Assembly: GCA_951406725.2 (NCBI GenBank)
Contig: OX597817.1
Coordinates: forward strand, 23,746,001-23,810,000
Reading direction: 5' to 3'
DNA length: 64,000 nucleotides
Source: Octopus vulgaris
Taxonomy: Eukaryota
The position numbers and the translations under genes were made by a program. Below are positions 26,601 through 40,056 of this stretch, piece by piece (within the stretch, counting starts at the first letter, position 1; every line of letters starts with the position of its first letter). The notes beneath the pieces are model-generated. The model was not told where the DNA came from. It saw only the letters and a program-made list of their open reading frames with translations, and did not search any database.

Positions 26601-26727
26601 ACAGTTGATTGTCAAATTTCGGAGATGAATAAATGAATACATAATATACATTCTTTTGAAATGTTCCACAGTCTTTTAAATTAAGCTTTTATTCATCTGA
26701 TTTCAACACATCCTTAAGGTGCGCGCA

Positions 26728-26761
<34 letters not shown>

Positions 26762-27900
26762 TGTGTGTGCGTATACATACATGCAAGCATTGATATGAAG
26801 TTATAAATTTGTAGTAGGTCATGTCTGCTTGACATAAGTTCAGCAGTCTTTTTTTTGTGACATCGGTGGTACTTCGTTTCGAATGAACTCAATGTGTGGT
26901 ATGTTATATACATTATTTAATATAAAATAGATAAATATATATACACGTATGTGTACACAAGTTTACACATTTATATACCCACAAATAAACATAACTTGAC
27001 TTTACACTGTCCATAATTCCCTACAGAGATGGATAATTCTCAAACTATTCTCTCGAAACTTTATCAATATACTTCAGAGTTTTCAAGCAGCTTTTAAAAT
27101 CTAATGAACTCAACATTTTATTCTTGTTTACGAATTTCTCTCGCTTTTGCCAGACTAAGAATAATTCTGTAAATAAACGAATGTTAATTATGATATCTCA
27201 TAAAAGTTTGAGTCCAATTTTTATAATAATGGACAAAATTAGGTTTGAAAGAAGCAGCAAAAGTTTAGGTATTAAATAAAGGGCTAATGATTAAAGAACA
27301 GTTGAAAACTCTATGCATTGTCTTTATTTACTATGTGAATTGTCAAATGATTAAATAATAAACCAATGCTGTAAAGTTGTTCACTGTTTTAACACAAAAG
27401 GTTATATCTATCCTACTTCAACAATAAATTAAAATCAGCGAGATCTAAAAATTCAGAGCAGAAATATCACTGATTATATGGAAAGATATAGTGTGTCAGT
27501 ATTCCAGCATGAAATAATATGTAAGAAGATTAAAACTAAGTCATACGATCTTGAAAATATACAAGAATTATTTTAGAGATAAGAAAAGGGAAGTTGTTAA
27601 ATCTAGCCACAGGATGTTGTTATAAATATTTTAGATAAAATAGAATCTGATTTAAAGTAAAAGTAATCTCTGGAGGAATGGAAGAGATTGGGGCATATAT
27701 AAAGAAAAGGAAAACACCTCGGGATGTATTAGAAAATATATTTATTTCATAAACAGTTACTAAGCCACGGGTTGCTACAGGAATTGGACATTTTGTGGTA
27801 GTCATTCATCTCTCCTGGTCAGTAGTAGTGTAGAGAAGAACTAAATATTGAATACATATCGCTTAGATTATGTAGACTAATCGGTTACTTGTTTTTCTGA

Positions 27901-28131
27901 GGCGGCGAGCTGGGAGAAGCGTTAGCACGCCGGGCGAAATGCTTTGCGGTATTTCGTCTGCCGTTACGTTGTGAGTTCAAATTCCGCCGAGGACGACTTT
28001 GCCTTTCATCCTTTTGGGGTCGATAAATTAAGCACCAGTTACGCACTGGGGTCGATGTAATCGACTTAATACCTATGTCTGTCCTTGTTTGTCCCCTCTA
28101 TGTTTAGCCCCTTGTGGGTAATAAAGAAATA
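27901..28131 (+). mobile_element. SINE family C, full length, with TSD
   Basis: Matches 407-637. Flanks ggttacttgtttttctga (27883-27900) and ggttacttgttttttga (from 28132). Confidence 0.92.
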
Positions 28132-29532
28132 GGTTACTTGTTTTTTGAGGAAAAAATGTATTTTAAGACGTATATTCTTTGTTTAAAAATAAAGATTGAA
28201 AGAGCGTATTGAATTAGGTTAGCTAACAGGCTAACGTTTATTATGCGTCTCCCGTTCATAAGGAACAGTTCTTACTTTCTTAAGATTAGGCACTGATCTC
28301 ATCCTTAGCGTAATTAGTAAACTATTCAATAAACTAAACCATTCAATATCTAAAGAGTATATTTTTTCCTAATGGAGTTCAGCCATTACTGAGCAAACTT
28401 TCGAACTGTGTTTTCATTGATATTATTTATTTTTGTTCCCATCAGTTTACATTTCAAGTATTCCTAGTTGCCATAATAATTGGTAGCAAGTCAGATTAAA
28501 GTAACTTTAAACGGCTAAAATCAATAATATTTATCAGGATGGTGCAGTCTTGTAGGCTGCTTTTAGCATTACAATTCTCAATATCCCTTTGGTGTTAACA
28601 AGTCAGCAGCGTACTTCGTGGATTCAGAACCTTCATAAAGTTATTTACAGAAATCATGATAGGCAATTTTTGCCGCTATTCTTCACTGAATATCAGCTAT
28701 AAACGATATATGTCTTCACTATCACTGCTCATTAAGGAAGAGGGTAAGGAGCTCATGTTGTATAAAATATTAAATATAGAACTCAATTTTATTGACCTAA
28801 ACACATACCATTCATATAAATTAGCATATTAACGAGTGACAGCTTTGCTTAGTAACAGCTTTGTTACTAAACATCTGTTCTTCATAGCCAAATTTTAATG
28901 TAATTTTCTCTATATCTGTAAGCACAACGTGACTGCAGTTATCCAACATTTTGAAAAACATTAGTTTGCATGCGCGTAGAGATATATCCACATACGTTAC
29001 TAGTTTGGTCTGAAGTAGGGAGCTATGCCTATGACTTTTGTAAGCCCGCCGAAACTGATGGAATTAATGTTGCTAACGGTTGTGTTAACAGCTGAAATAA
29101 CATGCACATGAAACGAATTTCATATTTCGACGCTTTTGTAAGGGAATAATGTGCGTTGCAGCTATTGTAGATTTTGAAGAGAAAATGTGTGTCGAGTGAC
29201 CGATATTTGAGTGAGTTGAAAGTGCATGAATGCCCGTAAATGTGACCCGTCAACATGGAAACAAAAATCACTGAAGTAACTTTTGAAAATGAGGAAAGAA
29301 AAAAGGTGTTACATCTAATGGATAAAGTCTGTATACGGATGACTCCATACATGTCTATCAATGACGTATATGTGCGTGTGTTCAGATCTGTATGAAAACC
29401 CGAACACATACACACAGAGAGCAATGTAGGTGTTTTTCAACACCCTAGTCACACTTATTGACAATTATAATTTTCCTTTTTGGTGAAACATTGCAACCTG
29501 CTGTTTATATTAATTTTGTATGTATGTATATA

Positions 29533-29780
29533 TGTACAAGGAAAATAAGAGTATGTAGAAAATGCTAAAATGATCTTATCATAAAAAAGATTTTTACTAC
29601 CGGTTTCAGCCATTGAGACTTTTTCAATTCTAAGTATGGAAAACAATTAAATTTTGGGAAAATTAAATGAAAAGTTTTTAAACAGAATATTTGCATAGTA
29701 TTCAAATACAAGGGGAATTTTCCATGTTTCCACCTGTCTCTGTCTCTCTTTTTTACTCTTTTTTACAATTGTAAATTGTA
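29533..29780. repeat. Interspersed repeat homologous to 1172-1420; minus strand has a degenerate hammerhead-like core
   Basis: Minus 29594-29632: tTGAAaA agtc-tcaat-ggct GAAA cc gg TA. Confidence 0.65.
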
Positions 29781-30314
29781 AAACATAACTGCCACCACTA
29801 TTACATGAACCTGAAGATTGCATAATTTAATGCATGAAAGTACTAGTTCAATCAGAACGGATATTTAATATTCTATCATTTAATTATATTATATTATATT
29901 ATTATATAATATATCATATTATAAGATTATATATATATATATATATATTTGTAAATTCCAACTATATATATAAACAAGTATGTATGTATGTTTGTGTGTG
30001 GATGTTTGTGTTCTTTCTAATATATGCACCTAAACACATGCACACGTACACACGACTGCTATCGACATGCTAACTAGAGACTTACATGACAATCTAACAA
30101 TAACTCCAGGACAGTCCATTCGAAAATATTTTGTGCTCCTTTATTGGAACGAAAACTATTTCAAAGTTTCTACAAACACTGACACCTTTCAAATCTTAGG
30201 TAAAACTCACACTATTGATTGCATATTTAGAACGGGATTGTACATTTATCTGGGATAGATTTCGCTGTTTTATAACCGTTCTGTATTTTAAGCACGATAT
30301 ATTATTCTTCAATT

Positions 30315-30550
30315 CTTTTATTTGTTTCAGCCGTTAGATTGCAGCCATGCTGGAGCACTGCCTTTTATTTGAAGAAATTGATGCCAGGACTTTGTAAACC
30401 TAGTACTTATTTTAATGGTCTCTTTTGCCGAACCGCTAAGTTACGGGGACGTAAACACACTAACATCGGTTGTCGAGCGATGGTGAGTGATAAACACAGA
30501 CACAAAGACACACACATACATATACGACGGGCTTCTTTCCGTTTCCGTCT
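30315..30550 (-). mobile_element. SINE family B, 3' two-thirds (diverged)
   Basis: gccatgctggagcac..ggtctcttttgccgaaccgctaagttacggggacgtaaacac..gacgggcttctttccgtttccgtct. Confidence 0.88.
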
Positions 30551-31279
30551 TTTATGAGATGTTTTGCACACTTTGCTCACCGAAGTTATTCACATCAGTT
30601 TACATATACGTAAATTGTTTTAGTTGTATTTCTAGAATGAAAGAAAAGTTCGTCTTCAGATTTGTGTTAAGCGCTTTGTGAAAATGGAAAAAGGACTTAT
30701 TGCTAGTACAAAGCATCGGAATGAATTTATATATATTTTGCTAATTAATGTGGGATTCAAATAAGTGAAACTCTGACTACTTATAACTTTAGGACGAGAG
30801 TATATCAAGTTCTATTCCTAAACTTCTGATGCTTTAATATTTCTGATACTATTTATTTGCTTTCACTCTTTAGACAATCAAATAGCCTCAGGGTTATAAT
30901 ATTAGGAAAGAAACTGCTCCGAGCAAAGAGTAAACATCGAAATTCCTCATGTATTTGACAGAAAGAGAGAGGGAGAGAGAAATAGAAAGTATCTATGTGT
31001 GTGTGTGTGTGTATGTCTGCATGAGTGTTAGTTGTAGTAAGTTACGTAAGAAAAAAAGATTTCCTATATCTAATGAAAAAGTGATGTCTTAGCTCTATAG
31101 AGAGTTAAATCTTAAAATCTTTAATTCAGGAACTTTTGAGAAGTTTTTAGCCTATGATAGGAAACATTTCTTATTAACGCTAGGTTTTCATTTAATGTTC
31201 ACATATAACTATTGAAGTACCTGTTGATATTTTTTGTAACTATAAACCCTAGTCTAACGTTACTTCAACATTGAATAGA

Positions 31280-31450
31280 AATTCAAGTGTTGCACGACGT
31301 TTAAGTAAGCACAAAATGCCCGGTAGTTTATAGCATAACGGGCTTATTGCGTCAGCTTTAAAATTTTGCTGAGATCAAATTTACGTTTTATTCTTCAGGA
31401 CTCTATTAAATAAGACACCAGTCTGGAAAAAGAGTCGATTATATCGACTT
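31280..31450 (+). mobile_element. Very old SINE family C-related copy
   Basis: aaaattttgctgagatcaaatttacgttttattcttcagg..aaataagacaccag..gagtcgattatatcgact. Confidence 0.5.
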
Positions 31451-31781
31451 CACTCTCTCGCAGTTATTACGGACTATTAACAATGTTAGAAATCAAGTAA
31501 TGATAAAATACCAGCTGGATATAAAATTACTGGTTCACTATTTCAATGTCATTAAATGTATATATATTGAGTGGAAATTTATTTGTACTGTACTCTTTCA
31601 GTCATTTGTAATTTTCTGCTCTCCTTTCAAATTATATTTTTATAGTCTTTAAACGGCTGGCTTGAGTAATGTGTTTCAAGATTATACAATAGCTTCGACT
31701 TTTTTAAACACATCTTGTATATATAAAACAGATTTGATATTTCCACGCTATTAGGTTAAGATTTCAGTTTCCATGATATGC

Positions 31782-32708
31782 CAGGTGTATACCAGAGATT
31801 TTGAGACATTTTTGGAAGAAGCAGTCATAATTGTTCTAGATAATTGTAATTTTAGTAAATCATTGGTATACATTTAACAAGCTAACCTGCCAACTTTTGA
31901 TATTCCATATTGAAGAAAACGACTGTAACGGCACTTTAAGCACACGCTACTAAACACTGCTTCTCACAGCGCTGACGTACAATGCAGTCGGAAGGTGAAG
32001 ACAATTTGGAAGTTCGCCATGCAATAAAGTTTTGTGCTAAACTGGGCCAAAACGCTACACAACATATGTAATTATCCAGAGCGCTAACGGATTAAGTTTT
32101 ATGAGCTGAGTAACTGTTTTCGCCTGGATCATGAGAATCATTGAAGGTAGAAAGCAAGTGAGAGACAATGTTGTGTGGGAGTGAAAGGGTTTTCAGAATA
32201 TTAGTGCTGGTTGAAAATATCAGAGCTACTTGAGAAAATTTGTAAGTTTCTGGATGAAATCTTTCGTTTATCTATATAGACAATACGCATTTTTGTTGGA
32301 GTTGGCGTGACAACTGTATACAGAACTATACATGAAAACCTGAATAAGCGCAAAATTTGTGCGAAGTTCGTTCCCGAAGTACTCAGTGACTAGCATTCTC
32401 GTAAACAAATACTTATCAGAGATAAGCACGAAGAATGTACCTTACGCACACTATAATCCAGACTTTTTACTCTCTTACTTTTGGTTGTTCCTCAAACTGA
32501 AGGAGAAGACGAAGAAGGTTGTAACAGGGGTCTAGAACACCTTCATTTTGGAGGTCATCCATGGAGCCTTCGTGAAATGGCTGAAGAACTACAATAAGTG
32601 CGTTGAAACCAGAGATCCTACTTTGAAGAAGATCAGAGTTTTGTGCTCCTCTTTGAAATTAATAAATGTCTCCCTTGAAAATGTCTGGAAGCATCTGGAA
32701 TGCCCCAT
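31782..32708 (+). mobile_element. Decayed, internally deleted mariner element with diverged TIRs
   Basis: LEVRHAIKFCAKLGQNATQ, TTVYRTIHENLNKRKICAKFVPEVLSD (cf. WVPRxL), PYAHYNPDF..YFWLFLKLKE (cf. HPPYSPDLAPxDFWLFPKLK), KW..YNKCVE. TIR remnants ggtgtataccagagattttgagacatttt / aaaatgtctggaagcatctggaatgcccc. Confidence 0.9.
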
Positions 32709-32913
32709 TTTTGCTGCGATTGCGACTGTTGTTTAATCTAAGGTTATATACTTAATCCAGTTTATGTTCACAGGCGTTCCACACAGGAATATTTTGCCTC
32801 CAACCCTAGGCGAATGGCTTAATTACTCTAAAAAAAGTGAGGTTTGAAGAGTTTCGACTGTTTATTTTAGCTGGTCACGCGAAGGAAGAAAGATGCAGTC
32901 GCTGGCTGTTTCA

Positions 32914-32973
<60 letters not shown>

Positions 32974-33698
32974 ATGAGGTGATGTATCAGGTATGGTTAC
33001 TTAGAGACGCTTCAGAGCTACAATAATTTTAGGTTTTCATGAAACACTTATGTGGTAAAAGTGTGACTTAGCACTATGAATGGAAGATTGCTTTTTAGCC
33101 TTTTATAATAAGTTCAGAGCTACACGCTTCTTGTATTTGTTCAGTGTTTGAGCTGCGTAAAAATTCTGGGCAATATTAATGACAAAAATATTTTCTGAGT
33201 ATATATTCCTAAAGAATGTGTACGAAAACTGTGTATATACACTAGAGAATAGTTAAGGTCAGATAGAAGTAAATAACCTCTTTTCATTTACTTACATACA
33301 TAGATGCACATAATGATTTTAATAACACATCAGTACTTAGTTTCATCAACAAGAGCTTTCGAGGACAAACAGTGCGTTTTAGTTGTATTGGTTTTTTTTT
33401 TCTTTCCACTTTTCGATCACAAGGAAAAATATAGAAAAATGTGTTGAGAGAATATTAATAGTAAGTAAAATCATGATACAAATATTCTTAAGTAGGATCC
33501 TCTCCTGAAGATAAACGAAATTTGGATTAAATATTTTATATCGCATTTCATTTCGGTAAGCTTGTAGACATCTTGAGAATAATGTTTCAGGTGACACCTC
33601 AACGAAACTTGCGAAAATATTTATTATAAAACGTACCACCCTTCAGTCCTGCTTGTGGAAATTAATGTAGCACAATTTTGCTATAACTATCTTAATGA

Positions 33699-33868
33699 CA
33701 ATAAATCTCTGAACGAGATGTAAGCAGTAACTGCTCGACAACGTAAAGTATACTAGCCATCTCAATATGGCTAACCACTAAGGGTGGGTGATCTCCTGGG
33801 GCTAAAAGCTACAGTAACACCCGCCCTTAGTAGTTAGCCATATTGAGATGGCTAGTATACTTTACGTT
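33699..33868. mobile_element. Fold-back insertion with 11-bp TSD, same family as 49229-49506 (Penelope-like pLTR inferred)
   Basis: 51-bp arms (33740-33790 / 33818-33868, 2 mismatches), 27-nt spacer, ~41-nt unique extension. TSD tatcttaatga at 33688-33698 and 33868-33878. Confidence 0.8.
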
Positions 33869-35085
33869 ATCTTAATGATAGAACCGCTAAATAGCCACAA
33901 ATCTTGCTGAAGTGAATCGTCCACTCACTTCCAGGACACTGGACGTTCAATTTAACCCACGCTAGGTTTTTGTTTCTACTTTACAACTTTACACAGTTTC
34001 TGAGTATCCATTTATGTGGGTCACTATCAAATGCTTTTCTGTGGTCTGTTCGTGCTGTACTTATTTGTTTTTTTCATGACGACAGAATAAGCACCAGACA
34101 AAATGGCAAACGACTCAAGTAGTTATCACATACATAAATGTATACATGCATATCGGTTTTTGTTGTTTTTTTTACGATGAGACACACTTTAGACATGTAC
34201 AGAACAAACGCTGAATGCAAAAGATATCCTGTAAGACTTCAAAAGGAAAATAGAGAAAGATGGAAAGATGGAAAAATAGAAAGATAGAAAGGAGAAGATA
34301 GAACGAAAAGTGGAAAAATAAGATGAATTCAGAGTTGAAAGTAAATGTTAAGGCTTGAGACCAAAAAAAAAAACACGTCTGAACTAGTCAGAGGTCAAGC
34401 AGAAAACTGATAGATGAAAATATACATAAGATGGTCACGTGGTATCCAAAAGAGAAAGAAGAAAGCAAGACGGATAGTGACAGTTAGAGAGAAAGGAGGG
34501 AAGAGAGGAAAGTGTTGTACTAAGACGTGAAAGAATAGAGAAGGTCGAAGCAAGAGGAGTTAAGGAAAATAAGATAAGAAGAATGAAGGAATGAGGAGAG
34601 AGAGGAGAAAGGAAAGGCAGTAAATACTTGACCGAAGTGAGCGGAAGAAGAAATGGAATCTAAGTAAAGAGAGGAAGGGAAAAAATGGAATGAGACTCAA
34701 ATAGAGATAGAAGAGACTGTAGACAAAAAGAAACGGAATAAAGAAGAGATGAGCAGAACAAAAAAGGAGAAGTGGTACACAAAAATAAACATAGTGACGC
34801 AAGATGATAAGAGAAGAAAGAAAGGATAGAGGGAAGAGAGGGGGTGATAGACGGCGCACCAAATATTATCCCTTGTGAGAGTACCGTTGCGTGGGAAGAA
34901 AAAAGGAGGATGCATGGTGTCACAAAATTAATTACAGTAAAAAAACAATTACTCAGAAGGGCGAAATAGAATGCACGGAACAAACATACACAAGATGTGA
35001 TCACGTTCATCCCTTATCAGTGATCAACCAAAAACCACCACAATTTCGCGCCGTAATCGCAAAGATTATTAGATTGTTCATCAAG

Positions 35086-35142
<57 letters not shown>

Positions 35143-35145
<3 letters not shown>

Positions 35146-35203
35146 TAATAAACAAGAAAGCACAAAAAAAACACAACAACGCGAGGACGTGGAACAAATA
35201 TAG

Positions 35204-35207
<4 letters not shown>
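35143..35207 (-). mobile_element. Short insertion in (TA)n, homologous to 48761-48825
   Basis: Reverse complement taatactatatttgttccacgtcctcgcgttgttgtgtttt vs taacactatagttcttccacgtcctcgcattgttgtgtttt. Confidence 0.8.
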
Positions 35208-35240
<33 letters not shown>

Positions 35241-36419
35241 AGTGTCCAAATTCTCGTATACAAGCGGGCAACATGATTCACAGTCACAAATACAAATATG
35301 TACATATACACCCAAACATATATACACTCACTGACCCATTGACTCTCACATATTTCCTTCCCCGTAGTTAAATGTCCTAAAAGTATATCCTTTAACGCTC
35401 TTTTTATCTGTGTATTCTTTGTCTCTAGATATACGTTTTGTTATTTAATCATATATTATTCTTATCTTTTAGTTTCATTTCACTCCGTTTGATTCCGTTT
35501 ACCCCACCCCTATCTTTCTTTTTTTATCATACCAAATTATTTGGTTTGTATATTTTCTTTTTTTTTTTTCTTTTCTTCATTCCCTTCTATTTTTAGCTAT
35601 TAACTTAGAATTCTTGATCATAGAATATATTCTCGAGACGACACACCTTTGGGACAAACTTTGTAAGACGAGAAAGTAGCCTAATCGAATTGTTTCCAAT
35701 CACAATTTATACTCATAGGGAAACTGTGTTTGTCGTATTCTGAAAGTAGAATTAGTGATTTGTATCGCTGCTTGATTTACTAAAACTACTTGGAGTGTAA
35801 CGTCTAAAGGAATGGCTTTGTTGTGTGTTTATTGGATATACGCTGTGGTAGAAGGAAGACAAATAGATTGGGAATAAGCCAGAGAGAGTGAGAGACATGT
35901 AGATAAGTGTGTCTATCGAACAGCGATACAGTCTGTGTTGGTGCTTGTTTATCAGTATAGAAATGTGTATGTCTGTTTATCTGTTAACATGTCTCTCTGT
36001 CTCATTCTCTCACTCACTTTCTATCTCTTTCTTACTATCTCTCTCTCTCTTACTGTGTATCACTGTTGCAGTATGTGGAAGCTTCTAAGGATATGAGTAT
36101 GTATGTGTATACTTGTATCTTTCGCTGTGCGCATGTCTATCAGATATAGAAAAGAAGCAATGCATAGAAAGAAATTAAGTTATGTCAAGAAAAATATGAC
36201 TGACTGAGAAACATTTGCTTTCAAAGATAAGGAAAGTGAAAGTGAGAGAAAGAGATAACCAGAAATAGACAGAGAGAAAGTATATAAAGAAGAATGAAAT
36301 AGCGAAATCTGTGTAGAGAGAGGAGGGGAAGCTAGATTGTTCAAAGGATGGTCACAATGTAGAGACACATTTTAAAAGAAAGGCTTAATGAACTAGAAAG
36401 ACAGAGGAAGAAATATTGG

Positions 36420-36600
36420 ATTCAGATTTCGAAACAAGGTCAGCAATTTCGGGGGAGGGTGTAAACCGATTTCATCGTCTCTAGTGCTGAACTGGTATTT
36501 TTTTAAGGACCCCGAAAGGATAAAAGGCAAGTCAACCCCGGCGATATTTGATCTCAGCTAAATATTTTACCTCGGTGCGGTAACGAATCTGCCACCACGC
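36420..36600 (-). mobile_element. Older SINE family C-related copy with a different 3' tail
   Basis: ctagtgctgaactggta..gaccccgaaaggataaaaggcaagtcaaccccggcgatatttga..taacgaatctgcca. Confidence 0.75.
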
Positions 36601-37237
36601 GGCCGTCACAGAGGAAGAAATATTAATGAGAAAGAAAAGAGAATTTTGTACTCCAACAGTTTGCATATGACAGTGAGATGAAGAAGTTGAGGTGAGACTA
36701 AGAAATATTAGAAACTAGATTGTGTTGCATATAACATAAAATGTGGGGAAATAAAATGGGGGTGGCAGAGGATGAGAGATATAGGTGGTTGAAATAGAAA
36801 TAATGTGTATATTAGAAAATACAGATATGAGGGAATATGAATGTGAGAGGGAGAGCAGGAGAGATAATAGAAATGGAATTGGGTGGTTGATTCGAGAGTT
36901 ACTGCGGTGATCAGGGTAAGATGGAATGAAGGATGAAAAGTAGATGGCGAAAATCAAAAGGAAATTGTGACATAATCGGAAGAAAGAATTAGAGAATGTA
37001 AAAGAGAGACAGAACGAGAATATATTAGAAATACTGAGTGAGACAACAGATGATTGGATGATCGTGACTGTCACATTCACAAAAAAACTATAGTTGTGGA
37101 TATTGAAATATATAAAGGAGGAATGAAAGGGGAGCAAAGGCTGATCGAGCTTAGAAAATCAGTTAGATATACTCAGTGTGGAGCAGCAATAAATATTGAG
37201 AAAGGAAGTATGGTAAAATGTAAAATGTAAAGAGCGA

Positions 37238-37275
<38 letters not shown>

Positions 37276-39306
37276 AGACGAAAATGTGAGAGTGTTATGT
37301 CTGTGTGAGTGTCTGCATTTAAGCGTATGCGCGTGTATAAGTATGTGAGTATGTCTAAGCTTATGTGAGACTTGTGTATAATATAGATGCGCATAGGGAT
37401 ATCGAAATACGTCGTGGTCACTTTGTAGCACATTGCTTTTGAATACGGATTAAACACACACAATCACAAGTAAATGTATATGGAAGTTTTGTACTGCTTA
37501 TGTGTTGGTGTATATGTGTATATACATGTATGTGTGTGTATATCCTTACATAAGTGGTCTTAACAGACAAAAACTGTATATCGAAAATGTCTATTCGTAG
37601 GCGCTAGACTTTTCTAATCAATAGAAAACAAGGAAGAGAAGAAAACACAAGCACATATTTACAGGAGTACATGTAACAAATCTATTAGAAATTGTTAAAA
37701 CTATGGTGATTAACTGATAAGGTGTTTCAGAATGGTAATAATAATCAGGTACCCTACACTGGGGTTAATTTATCGGTTGAGAACTTTACTTTATTTACGC
37801 CCTGTATCTATATTTCTGTTTCCACTTGTGTATTTGTTTCTGTTATTATTTACCCCAGGCAAACCTCAACTGAGCCAAGTTGCATTTAAAGACGTTCCAG
37901 ATTTAGCAATCTTGTCATGTTTTATATTAGGGATTCGTGATACACTATGTTCTCATTTTTCAAGATGATACATAGCTATTTGTATGCTTTTTGACTGTTA
38001 TTTCTAGTTTTGTTAATAGTCTATCAAGCGGCCGTAAACATTTTATCTGTAAAATAAGCGATAATAAGTTGCTGCAACTTGCGTTTTACTCCAGTACTTA
38101 CATTCAATTTATTTCATTGGACATCTAAAAATGGTATTTTCTACCATTCAATTGGTAATAACTAATTATGGACCAATAAGTCTTTAAAGAAATGCCAACG
38201 GTGTATTCCTGTTGTGTGTGAAAATATGATTTTAATAGTAATTATCGTATATTGTGAAAGGAAGTCTAGTGTTCGGAATTTTCATCCAAAGAAAATATAC
38301 TGAGAAATAGGATTTTGAAAGAAATTCACTCGTGAAATTGTTTGTTTATATTTATCACTTTGTCAAGCGTAATGACTAGCGTCAAATTGATGCGTGGTTT
38401 CTTCTCAGCAGATATGAAATATGAATGTTTTCGGATCTATATTAATGTTGTTTAACTCTAGTTAAATCCCTGAGTCAACAATACATACTCGAAGCTATGA
38501 AACTATAACAGAATAGAATCATTGGACACTTATATGTGTATGCAGTAGTTGCTCAGCCTCAGGTTAATTTTAATAAACTAGACGTATCATCAAAGGCATA
38601 ATAAAATAATTTCATTAAACAACATGCGTATTAGGGCACTAGCTCTGATGGGGCAGACTTATGGGGAAATACTATCAAAATTTGAAAATAATATATACAG
38701 GATAGCATATTCTAACTTCTTCCAATTTCTAAAACTGCAAAGAAGCTCCAGAAGCAATTGTGGTCAAGTGAACCTGTAGAAGTGTGGTACCCCAAAGATC
38801 AAGGGGCCCCGTGTGATGTCAGTGGAGATTAATTGATTATCCGGGCCCGAATATTAATGGAAATGGCCATTGCAAGATCTGCATAGCGGAGAGAACAAAA
38901 TTGTTAAAAACTATAAGAAGCCTGGCACATAAATGAGCCGTAAAGAAGTGTTTTCTAAATGCATCCCCTTGAAGCACTAATTACTAGAAAATTGGATCTC
39001 TCCGTTTGCTCATTAGACCTCTCCGAGTCTCTAAAGGTGTCTTTGTTCTCCTCTGATTAAGGGGAAATAACCCGTACTCATTAAGGCTTTTTCGTATTCC
39101 TCGAGGTCTGGGCGTTTCCTTACGTCTGCAACGTAGATATTTTAAAATTTTGTGTTCATATAATCTGACTAGTTGTCCACAAGGCTTGAATTTGTGGGTG
39201 CGAAAACTTGGGTAACTCTATATAAAATTTTGTTGCAATAATTAGTTCTATTTTTTAGACTGTACTTCTTTCTGATATATGTTCCTTTTTAAAACTATAT
39301 ATATTT

Positions 39307-40056
<750 letters not shown>

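Noticed and set aside
38640-38850. GC-rich ends suggesting a hAT-type MITE
   Set aside because: Putative TIRs match too poorly and no TSD was found.
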